A stretch of DNA of 64,000 bases. It comes from Eledone cirrhosa. Its lineage: Eukaryota. Below, piece by piece: positions 33,401 to 47,200 of the stretch (the stretch's first letter is position 1; every line of letters begins with the position of its first letter). A program made the translations under genes and the position numbers. The stretch covers positions 130,510,001 through 130,574,000 of the forward strand of contig OZ024744.1 of assembly GCA_964016885.1 (NCBI GenBank), written 5' to 3'. Under the pieces are notes generated by a model that was given only the letters and a program-made list of their open reading frames with translations, was not told the DNA's origin and did no database searches.

Positions 33401-36400
33401 TATTAAGTTGGGGTTAAGTTAAGTTGGGGTTCAGTTAAGTTGGGGTTAAGTTAAGTTGGGGTTAAGTTAAGTTGAGGTTAACTTAAGTTGGGGTTAAGTT
33501 AAGTTGGTTAGTTAAGTTAAGTTGGGGCTAAGTTAATTTGGGGCTGAGTTAAGTTGGGGCTGAGTTAAGTTGGGGCTAAGTTAAGTTGGGGTTGAGTTAA
33601 GTTGGGGTTAAGTTGGGGTTAAGTTAAGTTAGGTTTAAGTTAAGTTGGGGTTAAGTTAAGTTGGGGTTAAGTTAAGTTGGGGTTAAGTTAAGTTGGGGTT
33701 AAGTTAAGTTGGGGTTAAGTTAAGTTGGGGTTAAGTTAATTTGTGGTTAAGTTAAGTTGTGGTTAAGTTAAGTTGGGGTTAAGTTAAGTTGGGGTTAAGT
33801 TAAGTCGGGGTTAAGTTAAGTTGGGGTTAAGTTAAGTTGGGGTTAATTTAAGTTGGGGTTAAGTTAAGTTGGGGTTAAGTTAAGTTGGGGTTAAGTTAAG
33901 TCGGGGTTAAGTTAAGTTGGGGTTAAGTTAAGTTGGGGTTAAGTTAAGTTGGTTAGTTAAGTTGAGTTTAAGTTAAGTTGGGGTTAATTTAAGTTGGGGT
34001 TAAGTTAAGCTGGGGTTAAGTTAAGTTGGGGTTAAGTTAAGTTGGGGTTAATTTAAGTTGGGGTTAAGTTAAGTTGCGGGTAATTTAAGTTGGGGTTAAG
34101 TTAAGTTGGGGTTAAGTTAAGTTGGGGTTAAGTTAAGTTGGGGTTAAGTTAATTTGGGGTTAAGTTAAGTTGGGGCTAATTTAAGTTGGGGCTGAGTTAA
34201 GTTGGGGTTAAGTTAAGCTGGGGTTAAGTTAAGTTGGGGTTAAGTTAAGTTGGGGTTAAGTTAAGTTGGGGTTTATTTAAGTTGGGGTTAAGTTAAGTTG
34301 GGGTTCAGTTAAGTTGGGGTTCAGTTAAGTTGGGGTTAAGTTAAGTTGGGGTTAAGATGGGGTTAAATTACGTTGGAGTTAAGTTAAGTTGGGGTTAAGT
34401 TAAGTTGGGGTTAAGTTAAGTTGGGGTTAAGTTAAGTCGGGGTTAATTTAAGTCGGGGTTAAGTTAAGTTAGGGTTCAGTTAAGTTGGGGTTAAGTTAAG
34501 TTGGGGTTGAGTTAAGTTGGGGTTGAGTTAAATTGGGGTTGAGTTAAGTTGGGGTTGAGTTAAGTTGGTGTTGAGTTAAGTTGGGGTTAAGTTAAATTGG
34601 GGTTAAGTTAAGTTGCAGTTAAGTTAAGTTGAGGTTAAGTTAAGGTGCGGGTAAGTTAAGTTGGGCTTAAGTTAAGTTGGGGCTAAGTTAAGTTGGGGCT
34701 CAGTTAAGTTGGGGCTAAGTTAAGTTGGGGTTAAGTTCAGTTGGGGTTAAGTTAAGTCGGGGTTAAGTTAAGTTGGGGTTAAGTTAAGTTGGGGTTAATT
34801 TAAGTTGGGGTTAAGTTAAGTTGGGGTTAAGTTAAGTTGGGGTTAAGTTAAGTTGGGTTTAAGTTAAGTTGGGGTTAAGTTAAGTTGGGGTTGAGTTAAG
34901 TTGGGGCTGAGTTAATTTGGGGTTAAGTTAAGTTGGGGTTAAGTTAAGTTGGGTTTAAGTTAAGTTGGGGTTAAATTAAGTTGGGGTTAAATTAAGTTGG
35001 GGTTAAGTTAAGTTGGGGGTAAGTTAAGTTGGGGGCAAGTTAAGTTGGGGTTAATTTAAGTTGGGGTTAAATTAAGTTGGGGTTACGTTAAGTTGGTGTT
35101 AAGTTAAGTTGGGGTTAATTTAAGTTGGGGTTAATTAAGTTGGGGTTAAGTTAAGTTGGGGTTAAGTTAAGTTGGGGTTAATTTAAGTTGGGGTTGAGTT
35201 AAGTTGGGGTTAAGTTAAGTTGGGGTTATATTAAGTTGGGGTTAAGTTAAGTTGGGGTTCAGTTAAGTTGGGGTTAAGTTAAGTTGGGGTTAAGTTAAGT
35301 TGAGGTTAAGTTAAGTTGGGGATAAGTTAAGTTGGTGTTAAGTTAAGTTGGGGCTAAGTTAAGTTGGGGTTGAGTTAAGTTGGGGTTAAGTTGGGGTTAA
35401 GTTAAGTTACGTTTAAGTTAAGTTGGGGTTAAGTTAAGTTGGGGTTAAGTTAAGTTGTGGTTAAGTTAAGTTGGGGTTAAGTTAAGTTGGGGTTAAGTTA
35501 AGTCGGGGTTAAGTTAAGTTGGGGTTAATTTAAGTTGGGGTTAATTTAAGTTGGGGTTAAGTTAAGTTGGGGTTAAGTTAAGTTGGGGTTAAGTTAATTG
35601 GGGTTAAGTTGGGGTTAAGTTAAGTTGAGGTTAAGTTAAGTTGGGGTTAAATTAAGTTTGGGTTAAGTTAAGTTGGGGTTAAGTTAAGTTGGGGTTAAGT
35701 TAAGTTGGGGATAAGTTAAGTTGGGGATAATTTAAGTTGGGGTTAAGTTAAGTTGGGTTTAAGTTAAGTTGGGGTTAAGTTAAGTTGGGGTTAAGTTAAG
35801 TTGGGGTTAAGTTAAGTTGAGGTTAACTTAAGTTGGGGTTAAGTTAAGTTGGTGTTAAGTTAAGTTGGGGCTAAGTTAAGTTGGGGCTGAGTTAAGTTGG
35901 GGCTGAGTTAAGTTGGGGCTAAGTTAAGTTGGGGTTGAGTTAAGTTGGGGTTAAGTTGGGGTTAAGTTAAGTTAGGTTTAAGTTAAGTTGGGGTTAAGTT
36001 AAGTTGGGGTTAAGTTAAGTTGGGGTTAAGTTAAGTTGGGGTTAAGTTAAGTTGGGGTTAAGTTAAGTTGGGGTTAAGTTAATTTGTGGTTAAGTTAAGT
36101 TGTGGTTAAGTTAAGTTGGGGTTAAGTTAAGTTGGGGTTAAGTTAAGTCGGGGTTAAGTTAAGTTGGGGTTAAGTTAAGTTGGGGTTAATTTAAGTTGGG
36201 GTTAAGTTAAGTTGGGGTTAAGTTAAGTTGGGGTTAAGTTAAGTCGGGGTTAAGTTAAGTTGGGGTTAAGTTAAGTTGGGGTTAAGTTAAGTTGGTTAGT
36301 TAAGTTGAGTTTAAGTTAAGTTGGGGTTAATTTAAGTTGGGGTTAAGTTAAGCTGGGGTTAAGTTAAGTTGGGGTTAAGTTAAGTTGGGGTTAATTTAAG

Positions 36401-39400
36401 TTGGGGTTAAGTTAAGTTGCGGGTAATTTAAGTTGGGGTTAAGTTAAGTTGGGGTTAAGTTAAGTTGGGGTTAAGTTAAGTTGGGGTTAAGTTAATTTGG
36501 GGTTAAGTTAAGTTGGGGCTAATTTAAGTTGGGGCTGAGTTAAGTTGGGGTTAAGTTAAGCTGGGGTTAAGTTAAGTTGGGGTTAAGTTAAGTTAGGGTT
36601 TATTTAAGTTGGGGTTAAGTTAAGTTGGGGTTCAGTTAAGTTGGGGTTCAGTTAAGTTGGGGTTAAGTTAAGTTGGGGTTAATTTAAGTTGGGGTTAAGT
36701 TAAGCTGGGGTTAAGTTAAGTTGGGGTTAAGTTAAGTTGGGGTTAATTTAAGTTGGGGTTAAGTTAAGTTGGGGTTAAGTTAAGTTGGGGTTAAGTTAAG
36801 TTGGGGTTAAGTTAAGTTGGGGATAATTTAAGTTGGGGTTAAGTTAAGTTTGAGTTTAAGTTAAGTTGGGGTTAAGTTAAGTTGGGGTTAAGTTAAGTTG
36901 GGGTTAAGTTAAGTTGGTTAGTTAAGTTGAGTTTAAGTTAAGTTTGGGTTAATTTAAGTTGGGGTTAATTTAAGCTGGGGTTAAGTTAAGTTGGGGTTAA
37001 GTTAAGTTGGGGTTAATTTAAGTTGGGGTTAAGTTAAGTTGGGGTTAAGTTAAGTTGGGGTTAAGTTAAGTTGGGGTTAAGTTAATTGGGGTTAAGTTAA
37101 GTTGGGGCTAATTTAAGTTGGGGCTGAGTTAAGTTGGGGTTAAGTTAAGTTGGGGTTAAGTTAAGTTGGGGTTAAGTTAAGTTGGGGTTAAGTTAAGTTG
37201 GGGTTTATTTAAGTTGGGGTTAAGTTAAGTTGGGGTTCAGTTAAGTTGGGGTTCAGTTAAGTTGGGGTTAAGTTAAGTTGGGGTTAAGATGGGGTTAAAT
37301 TACGTTGGAGTTAAGTTAAGTTGGGGTTAAGTTAAGTTGGGGTTAAGTTAATTGGGGTTAAGTTAAGTTGGGGTTAAGTTAAGTTGAGGTTAAGTTAAGT
37401 TGGGGTTAAATTAAGTTTGGGTTAAGTTAAGTTGGGGTTAAGTTAAGTTGGGGTTAAGTTAAGTTGGGGTAAGTTAAGTTGGGGATAATTTAAGTTGGGG
37501 TTAAGTTAAGTTGGGTTTAAGTTAAGTTGGGGTTAAGTTAAGTTGGGGTTAAGTTAAGTTGGGGTTAAGTTAAGTTGGGGTTAAGTTAAGTTGGGGCTAA
37601 CTTAAGTTGGGGCTGAGTTAAGTTGGGGTTAAGTTAAGTTGGGGTTAAGTTAAGTTGGGGTTAAGTTAAGTTGGGGTTAATTTAAGTTGAGGTTAAGTTA
37701 AGTTGGGGTTCAGTTAAGTAGGGGTTCAGTTAAGTTGGGGTTAAGTTAAGTTGGGGTTAAGATGGGGTTAAATTACGTTGGAGTTAAGTTAAGTTGGGGT
37801 TAAGTTAAGTTGGGGTTAAGTTAAGTTGGGGTTAAGTTAAGTCGGGGTTAATTTAAGTCGGGGTTAAGTTAAGTTAGGGTTCAGTTAAGTTGGGGTTAAG
37901 TTAAGTTGGGGTTGAGTTAAGTTGGGGTTGAGTTAAATTGGGGTTGAGTTAAGTTGGGGTTGAGTTAAGTTGGTGTTGAGTTAAGTTGGGGTTAAGTTAA
38001 ATTGAGGTTAAGTTAAGTTGCAGTTAAGTTAAGTTGAGGTTAAGTTAAGGTGCGGTTAAGTTAAGTTGGGGTTAAGTTAAGTTGGGGTTAAGTTAAGTTG
38101 GGGTTAAGTTAAGTTGGGGTTAAGTTAAGTTGGGGTTAAGTTAATTTGTGGTTCAGTTAAGTTGTGGTTAAGTTAAGTTGGGGTTAAGTTAAGTTGGGGT
38201 TAAGTTAAGTCGGGGTTAAGTTAAGTTGGGGTTAAGTTAAGTTGGGGTTAATTTAAGTTGGGGATAATTTAAGTTGGGGTTAAGTTAAGTTGGGTTTAAG
38301 TTAAGTTGGGGTTAAGTTAAGTTGGGGATAAGTTAAGTTGGGGTTAAGTTAAGTTGGGGTTAAGTTAAGTTGGGGTTAAGTTAAGTTGGGGCTAAGTTAA
38401 GTTGGGGCTGAGTTAAGTTGGGGTTAAGTTAAGTTGGGGTTAAGTTAAGTTGGGGTTAATTTAAGTTGGGGTTTATTTAAGTTGGGGTTAAGTTAAGTTG
38501 GGGTTCAGTTAAGTTGGGGTTAAGTTAAGTTGGGGTTAAGATGGGGTTAAATTAAGTTGGGGTTAAGTTAAGTTGGGGTTAAGTTAAGTTGGGGTTAAGT
38601 TAAGTTGGGGTTAAGTTAAGTCGGGGTTAAATTAAGTCGGGGTTAAGTTAAGTTAGGGGTAAGTTAAGTTGGGGGCAAGTTAAGTTGGGGTTAATTTAAG
38701 TTGGGGTTAAATTAAGTTGGGGTTAAGTTAAGTTGCTGTTAAGTTAAGTTGGGGTTAATTTAAGTTGGGGTTAATTAAGTTGGGGTTAAGTTAAGTTGGG
38801 GTTAAGTTAAGTTGGGGTTAATTTAAGTTGGGGTTGAGTTAAGTTGGGGTTAAGTTAAGTTGGGGTTATATTAAGTTGGGGTTAAGTTAAGTTGGGGTTC
38901 AGTTAAGTTGGGGTTAAGTTAAGTTGGGGTTAAGTTAAGTTGAGGTTAACTTAAGTTGGGGTTAAGTTAAGTTGGTTAGTTAAGTTAAGTTGGGGCTAAG
39001 TTAATTTGGGGCTGAGTTAAGTTGGGGCTGAGTTAAGTTGGGGCTAAGTTAAGTTGGGGTTGAGTTAAGTTGGGGTTAAGTTGGGGTTAAGTTAAGTTAG
39101 GTTTAAGTTAAGTTGGGGTTAAGTTAAGTTGGGGTTAAGTTAAGTTGGGGTTAAGTTAAGTTGGGGTTAAGTTAAGTTGGGGTTAAGTTAAGTTGGGGTT
39201 AAGTTAATTTGTGGTTAAGTTAAGTTGTGGTTAAGTTAAGTTGGGGTTAAGTTAAGTTGGGGTTAAGTTAAGTCGGGGTTAAGTTAAGTTGGGGTTAAGT
39301 TAAGTTGGGGTTAATTTAAGTTGGGGTTAAGTTAAGTTGGGGTTAAGTTAAGTTGGGGTTAAGTTAAGTCGGGGTTAAGTTAAGTTGGGGTTAAGTTAAG

Positions 39401-41280
39401 TTGGGGTTAAGTTAAGTTGGTTAGTTAAGTTGAGTTTAAGTTAAGTTGGGGTTAATTTAAGTTGGGGTTAAGTTAAGCTGGGGTTAAGTTAAGTTGGGGT
39501 TAAGTTAAGTTGGGGTTAATTTAAGTTGGGGTTAAGTTAAGTTGCGGGTAATTTAAGTTGGGGTTAAGTTAAGTTGGGGTTAAGTTAAGTTGGGGTTAAG
39601 TTAAGTTGGGGTTAAGTTAATTTGGGGTTAAGTTAAGTTGGGGCTAATTTAAGTTGGGGCTGAGTTAAGTTGGGGTTAAGTTAAGCTGGGGTTAAGTTAA
39701 GTTGGGGTTAAGTTAAGTTGGGGTTAAGTTAAGTTGGGGTTTATTTAAGTTGGGGTTAAGTTAAGTTGGGGTTCAGTTAAGTTGGGGTTCAGTTAAGTTG
39801 GGGTTAAGTTAAGTTGGGGTTAAGATGGGGTTAAATTACGTTGGAGTTAAGTTAAGTTGGGGTTAAGTTAAGTTGGGGTTAAGTTAAGTTGGGGTTAAGT
39901 TAAGTCGGGGTTAATTTAAGTCGGGGTTAAGTTAAGTTAGGGTTCAGTTAAGTTGGGGTTAAGTTAAGTTGGGGTTGAGTTAAGTTGGGGTTGAGTTAAA
40001 TTGGGGTTGAGTTAAGTTGGGGTTGAGTTAAGTTGGTGTTGAGTTAAGTTGGGGTTAAGTTAAATTGGGGTTAAGTTAAGTTGCAGTTAAGTTAAGTTGA
40101 GGTTAAGTTAAGGTGCGGGTAAGTTAAGTTGGGCTTAAGTTAAGTTGGGGCTAAGTTAAGTTGGGGCTCAGTTAAGTTGGGGCTAAGTTAAGTTGGGGTT
40201 AAGTTAAGTTGGGGTTAAGTTAAGTCGGGGTTAAGTTAAGTTGGGGTTAAGTTAAGTTGGGGTTAATTTAAGTTGGGGTTAAGTTAAGTTGGGGTTAAGT
40301 TAAGTTGGGGTTAAGTTAAGTTGGGTTTAAGTTAAGTTGGGGTTAAGTTAAGTTGGGGTTGAGTTAAGTTGGGGCTGAGTTAATTTGGGGTTAAGTTAAG
40401 TTGGGGTTAAGTTAAGTTGGGTTTAAGTTAAGTTGGGGTTAAATTAAGTTGGGGTTAAATTAAGTTGGGGTTAAGTTAAGTTGGGGGTAAGTTAAGTTGG
40501 GGGCAAGTTAAGTTGGGGTTAATTTAAGTTGGGGTTAAATTAAGTTGGGGTTACGTTAAGTTGGTGTTAAGTTAAGTTGGGGTTAATTTAAGTTGGGGTT
40601 AATTAAGTTGGGGTTAAGTTAAGTTGGGGTTAAGTTAAGTTGGGGTTAATTTAAGTTGGGGTTGAGTTAAGTTGGGGTTAAGTTAAGTTGGGGTTATATT
40701 AAGTTGGGGTTAAGTTAAGTTGGGGTTCAGTTAAGTTGGGGTTAAGTTAAGTTGGGGTTAAGTTAAGTTGAGGTTAAGTTAAGTTGGGGATAAGTTAAGT
40801 TGGTGTTAAGTTAAGTTGGGGCTAAGTTAAGTTGGGGTTGAGTTAAGTTGGGGTTAAGTTGGGGTTAAGTTAAGTTACGTTTAAGTTAAGTTGGGGTTAA
40901 GTTAAGTTGGGGTTAAGTTAAGTTGTGGTTAAGTTAAGTTGGGGTTAAGTTAAGTTGGGGTTAAGTTAAGTCGGGGTTAAGTTAAGTTGGGGTTAATTTA
41001 AGTTGGGGTTAATTTAAGTTGGGGTTAAGTTAAGTTGGGGTTAAGTTAAGTTGGGGTTAAGTTAATTGGGGTTAAGTTGGGGTTAAGTTAAGTTGAGGTT
41101 AAGTTAAGTTGGGGTTAAATTAAGTTTGGGTTAAGTTAAGTTGGGGTTAAGTTAAGTTGGGGTTAAGTTAAGTTGGGGATAAGTTAAGTTGGGGATAATT
41201 TAAGTTGGGGTTAAGTTAAGTTGGGTTTAAGTTAAGTTGGGGTTAAGTTAAGTTGGGGTTAAGTTAAGTTGGGGTTAAGT
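30500..41280 (+). repeat. Two tandem copies of a ~5.3-5.5-kb higher-order unit
   Basis: Markers GCTAACTT (32133/37601), TTGCTG (33268/38736) and TTACGTTT (35410/40878) are all at offset 5468. TTAGGGTTTATTT (31270/36595) is at offset 5325. Boundaries are approximate. Confidence 0.85.
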
Positions 41281-44200
41281 TAAGTTGGGGTTAATTTAAG
41301 TTGGGGTTAAGTTAAGTTGCGGGTAATTTAAGTTGGGGTTAAGTTAAGTTGGGGTTAAGTTAAGTTGGGGTTAAGTTAAGTTGGGGTTAAGTTAAGTTGG
41401 GGTTAAGTTAAGTTGGGGCTAATTTAAATTGGGGCTGAGTTAAGTTGGGGTTAAGTTAAGTTGGGGTTAAGTTAAGTTGGGGTTAAGTTAAGTTGGGGTT
41501 AAGTTAAGTTGGGGTTTATTTAAGTTGGGGTTAAGTTAAGTTGGGGTTCAGTTAAGTTGGGGTTCAGTTAAGTTGGGGTTAAGTTAAGTTGGGGTTAAGA
41601 TGGGGTTAAATTACGTTGGAGTTAAGTTAAGTTGGGGTTAAGTTAAGTTGGGGTTAAGTTGGGGTTAAGTTAAGTTAGGTTTAAGTTAAGTTGGGGTTAA
41701 GTTAAGTTGGGGTTAAGTTAAGTTGTGGTTAAGTTAAGTTGGGGTTAAGTTAAGTTGGGGTTAAGTTAAGTCGGGGTTAAGTTAAGTTGGGGTTAAGTTA
41801 AGTTGGGGTTAATTTAAGTTGGGGTTAAGTTAAGTTGGGGTTAAGTTAAGTTGGGGTTAAGTTAATTGGGGTTAAGTTAAGTTGGGGTTAAGTTAAGTTG
41901 AGGTTAAGTTAAGTTGGGGTTGAATTAAGTTTGGGTTAAGTTAAGTTGGGGTTAAGTTAAGTTGGGGTTAAGTTAAGTTGGGGTAAGTTAAGTTGGGGAT
42001 AATTTAAGTTGGGGTTAAGTTAAGTTGGGTTTAAGTTAAGTTGGGGTTAAGTTAAGTTGGGGTTAAGTTAAGTTGGGGTTAAGTTAAGTTGGGGTTAAGT
42101 TAAGTTGGGGCTAAGTTAAGTTGGGGCTGAGTTAAGTTGGGGTTAAGTTAAGTTGGGGTTAAGTTAAGTTGGGGTTAAGTTAAGTTGGGGTTAATTTAAG
42201 TTGGGGTTAAGTTAAGTTGGGGTTCAGTTAAGTTGGGGTTCAGTTAAGTTGGGGTTAAGTTAAGTTGGGGTTAAGATGGGGTTAAATTACGTTGGAGTTA
42301 AGTTAAGTTGGGGTTAAGTTAAGTTGGGGTTAAGTTAAGTTGGGGTTAAGTTAAGTCGGGGTTAATTTAAGTCGGGGTTAAGTTAAGTTAGGGTTCAGTT
42401 AAGTTGGGGTTAAGTTAAGTTGGGGTTGAGTTAAGTTGGGGTTGAGTTAAATTGGGGTTGAGTTAAGTTGGGGTTGAGTTAAGTTGGTGTTGAGTTAAGT
42501 TGGGGTTAAGTTAAATTGAGGTTAAGTTAAGTTGCAGTTAAGTTAAGTTGAGGTTAAGTTAAGGTGCGGTTAAGTTAAGTTGGGGTTAAGTTAAGTTGGG
42601 GTTAAGTTAAGTTGGGGTTAAGTTGGGGTTAAGTTAAGTTAGGTTTAAGTTAAGTTGGGTTTAAGTTAAGTTGGGGTTAAGTTAAGTTGGGGTTAAGTTA
42701 AGTTGGGGTTAAGTTAAGTTGGGGTTAAGTTAAGTTGGGGTTAAGTTAAGTTGGGGTTAAGTTAAGTTGGGGTTAAGTTAAGTCGGGGTTAAGTTAAGTT
42801 GGGGTTAAGTTAAGTTGGGGTTAAGTTAAGTTGGGGTTAAGTTAAGTTGGGGTTAAGTTAAGTCGGGGTTAAGTTAAGTTGGGGTTAAGTTAAGTTGGGG
42901 TTAATTTAAGTTGGGGTTAAGTTAAGTTGGGGTTAAGTTAAGTTGGGGTTAAGTTAAGTTGGGGTTGAGTTAAGTTGGGGCTGAGTTAATTTGGGTTTAA
43001 GTTAAGTTGGGGTTAAGTTAAGTTGGGTTTAAGTTAAGTTGGGGTTAAATTAAGTTGGGGTTAAATTAAGTTGGGGTTAAGTTAAGTTGGGGGTAAGTTA
43101 AGTTGGGGGCAAGTTAAGTTGGGGTTAATTTAAGTTGGGGTTAAATTAAGTTGGGGTTACGTTAAGTTGGTGTTAAGTTAAGTTGGGGTTAATTTAAGTT
43201 GGGGTTAATTAAGTTGGGGTTAAGTTAAGTTGGGGTTAAGTTAAGTTGGGGTTAATTTAAGTTGGGGTTGAGTTAAGTTGGGGTTAAGTTAAGTTGGGGT
43301 TATATTAAGTTGGGGTTAAGTTAAGTTGGGGTTCAGTTAAGTTGGGGTTAAGTTAAGTTGGGGTTAAGTTAAGTTGAGGTTAAGTTAAGTTGGGGTTAAG
43401 TTAAGTTGGTGTTAAGTTAATTGGGGCTAAGTTAAGTTGGGGCTGAGTTAAGTTGGGGCTGAGTTAAGTTGGGGCTAAGTTAAGTTGGGGTTGAGTTAAG
43501 TTGGGGTTAAGTTGGGGTTAAGTTAAGTTAGGTTTAAGTTAAGTTGGGGTTAAGTTAAGTTGGGGTTAAGTTAAGTTGGGGTTAAGTTAAGTTGGGGTTA
43601 AGTTAAGTTGGGGTTAAGTTAAGTTGGGGTTAAGTTAAGTTGGGGTTAAGTTAATTTATGGTTAAGTTAAGTTGTGGTTAAGTTAAGTTGGTTAGTTAAG
43701 TTGAGTTTAAGTTAAGTTGGGGTTAAGTTAAGTTGGGGTTAAGTTAAGTTGGGGTTAAGTTAAGTCGGGGTTAAGTTAAGTTATGGTTCAGTTAAGTTGG
43801 GGTTAAGTTAAGTTGGGGTTGAGTTAAGTTGGGGTTGAGTTAAATTGGGGTTGAGTTAAGTTGGGGTTGAGTTAAGTTGGTGTTGAGTTAAGTTGGGGTT
43901 AAGTTAAGTTGGGGTTAAATTAAGTTGGGGTTAAATTAAGTTGGGGTTAAGTTAAGTTGGGGGTAAGTTAAGTTGGGGGCAAGTTAAGTTGGGGTTAATT
44001 TAAGTTGGGGTTAAATTAAGTTGGGGTTACGTTAAGTTGGTGTTAAGTTAAGTTGGGGTTAATTTAAGTTGGGGTTAATTAATGTTGGGGTTAAGTTAAG
44101 TTGGGGTTAAGTTAAGTTGGGGTTAAGTTAAGTTGAGGTTAAGTTAAGTTGGGGTTAAGTTAAGTTGGTGTTAAGTTAAGTTGGGGCTGAGTTAAGTTGG

Positions 44201-47200
44201 GGCTGAGTTAAGTTGGGGCTAAGTTAAGTTGGGGTTGAGTTAAGTTGGGGTTAAGTTGGGGTTAAGTTAAGTTAGGTTTAAGTTAAGTTGGGTTTAAGTT
44301 AAGTTGGGGTTAAGTTAAGTTGGGGTTAAGTTAAGTTGGGGTTAAGTTAAGTTGGGGTTAAGTTAAGTTGGGGTTAAGTTAAGTTGGGGTTAAGTTAAGT
44401 CGGGGTTAAGTTAAGTTGGGGTTAAGTTAAGTTGGGGTTAAGTTAAGTTGGTTAGTTAAGTTGAGTTTAAGTTAAGTTGGGGTTAAGTTAAGTTGGGGTT
44501 AAGTTAAGTTGGGGTTAAGTTAAGTCGGGGTTAAGTTAAGTTATGGTTCAGTTAAGTTGGGGTTAAGTTAAGTTGGGGTTGAGTTAAGTTGGGGTTGAGT
44601 TAAATTGGGGTTGAGTTAAGTTGGGGTTGAGTTAAGTTGGTGTTGAGTTAAGTTGGGGTTAAGTTAAGTTGGGGTTAAATTAAGTTGGGGTTAAATTAAG
44701 TTGGGGTTAAGTTAAGTTGGGGGTAAGTTAAGTTGGGGGCAAGTTAAGTTGGGTTTAATTTAAGTTGGGGTTAAATTAAGTTGGGGTTACGTTAAGTTGG
44801 TGTTAAGTTAAGTTGGGGTTAATTTAAGTTGGGGTTAATTAATGTTGGGGTTAAGTTAAGTTGGGGTTAAGTTAAGTTGGGGTTAAGTTAAGTTGAGGTT
44901 AAGTTAAGTTGGGGTTAAGTTAAGTTGGTGTTAAGTTAAGTTGGGGCTGAGTTAAGTTGGGGCTGAGTTAAGTTGGGGCTAAGTTAAGTTGGGGTTGAGT
45001 TAAGTTGGGGTTAAGTTGGGGTTAAGTTAAGTTAGGTTTAAGTTAAGTTGGGTTTAAGTTAAGTTGGGGTTAAGTTAAGTTGGGGTTAAGTTAAGTTGGG
45101 GTTAAGTTAAGTTGGGGTTAAGTTAAGTTGGGGTTAAGTTAAGTTGGGGTTAAGTTAAGTCGGGGTTAAGTTAAGTTGGGGTTAAGTTAAGTTGGGGTTA
45201 AGTTAAGTTGGGGTTAAGTTAAGTTGGGGTTAAGTTAAGTCGGGGTTAAGTTAAGTTGGGGTTAAGTTAAGTTGGGTTTAATTTAAGTTGGGGTTAAGTT
45301 AAGTTGGGGTTAAGTTAAGTTGGGGTTAAGTTAAGTTGGGGTTAAGTTAAGTTGGGGATAATTTAAGTTGGGGTTAAGTTAAGTTTGAGTTTAAGTTAAG
45401 TTGGGGTTAAGTTAAGTTGGGGTTAAGTTAAGTTGGGGTTAAGTTAAGTTGGTTAGTTAAGTTGAGTTTAAGTTAAGTTGGGGTTAATTTAAGTTGGGGT
45501 TAAGTTAAGCTGGGGTTAAGTTAAGTTGGGTTTAATTTAAGTTGGGGTTAATTTAAGTTGGGGTTAATTAAGTTGGGGTTAAGTTAAGTTGGGGTTAAGT
45601 TAAGTTGGGGCTAAGTTAAGTTGGGGCTGAGTTAAGTTGGGGCTGAGTTAAGTTGGGGTTAAGTTAAGTTGGGGTTGAGTTAAGTTGGGGTTAAGTTAAG
45701 TTGGGGTCAAGTTAAGTTGGGGTTAAGTTGGGGTTAAGTTAAGTTGGGGTTAAGTTAAGTTGGGGCTAAGTTAAGTTGGGGCTGAGTTAAGTTGGGGCTG
45801 AGTTAAGTTGGGGTTAAGTTAAGTTGGGGTTGAGTTAAGTTGGGGTTAAGTTAAGTTGGGGTCAAGTTAAGTTGGGGTTAAGTTGGGGTTAAGTTAAGTT
45901 AGGTTTAAGTTAAGTTGGGGTTAAGTTAAGTTGGGGTTAAGTTAAGTTGGGGTTAAGTTAAGTTGGGGTTAAGTTAAGTTGGGGTTAAGTTAATTTGTGG
46001 TTTAGTTAAGTTGGGTTTAAGTTAAGTTGGGGTTAAGTTAAGTTGGGGTTAAGTTAAGTCGGGGTTAAGTTAAGTTGGGGTTAAGTTAAGTTGGGGTTAA
46101 GTTAAGTTGGGGTTAAGTTAAGTTGGGGTTAAGTTAAGTTGGGGTTAAGTTAAGTTGAGGTTAAGTTAAGTTGGGGTTAAATTAAGTTGGGGTTAAGTTA
46201 AGTTGGGGTTAAGTTAAGTTGGGGTTAAGTTAAGTTGGGGATAAGTTAAGTTGGGGATAATTTAAGTTGGGGTTAAGTTAAGTTGGGTTTAAGTTAAGTT
46301 GGGTTTAAGTTAAGTTGGGGTTAAGTTAAGTTGGGGTTAAGTTAAGTTGGGGCTAAGTTAAGTTGGGGCTGAGTTAAGTTGGGGTTAAGTTAAGTTGGGG
46401 TTAAGTTAAGTTGGGGTTAATTTAAGTTGGGGTTTATTTAAGTTGGGGTTAAGTTAAGTTGGGGTTCAGTTAAGTTGGGGTTAAGTTAAGTTGGGGTTAA
46501 GATGGGGTTAAATTAAGTTGGGGTTAAGTTAAGTTGGGGTTAAGTTAAGTTGGGGTTAAGTTAAGTCGGGGTTAAGTTAAGTCGGGGTTAAGTTAAGTTA
46601 GGGTTCAGTTAAGTTGGGGTTAAGTTAAGTTGGGGTTGAGTTAAGTTGGGGTTGAGTTAAATTGGGGTTGAGTTAAGTTGGGGTTGAGTTAAGTTGGTGT
46701 TGAGTTAAGTTGGGGTTAAGTTAAGTTGGGGTTAAATTAAGTTGGGGTTAAATTAAGTTGGGGTTAAGTTAAGTTGGGGGTAAGTTAAGTTGGGGGCAAG
46801 TTAAGTTGGGGTTAATTTAAGTTGGGGTTAAATTAAGTTGGGGTTACGTTAAGTTGGTGTTAAGTTAAGTTGGGGTTAATTTAAGTTGGGGTTAATTAAG
46901 TTGGGGTTAAGTTAAGTTGGGGTTAAGTTAAGTTGGGGTTAATTTAAGTTGGGGTTGAGTTAAGTTGGGGTTAAGTTAAGTTGGGGTTATATTAAGTTGG
47001 GGTTAAGTTAAGTTGGGGTTCAGTTAAGTTGGGGTTAAGTTAAGTTGGGGTTAAGATGGGGTTAAATTACGTTGGAGTTAAGTTAAGTTGGGGTTAAGTT
47101 AAGTTGGGGTTAAGTTAATTGGGGTTAAGTTAAGTTGGGGTTAAGTTAAGTTGAGGTTAAGTTAAGTTGGGGTTAAATTAAGTTTGGGTTAAGTTAAGTT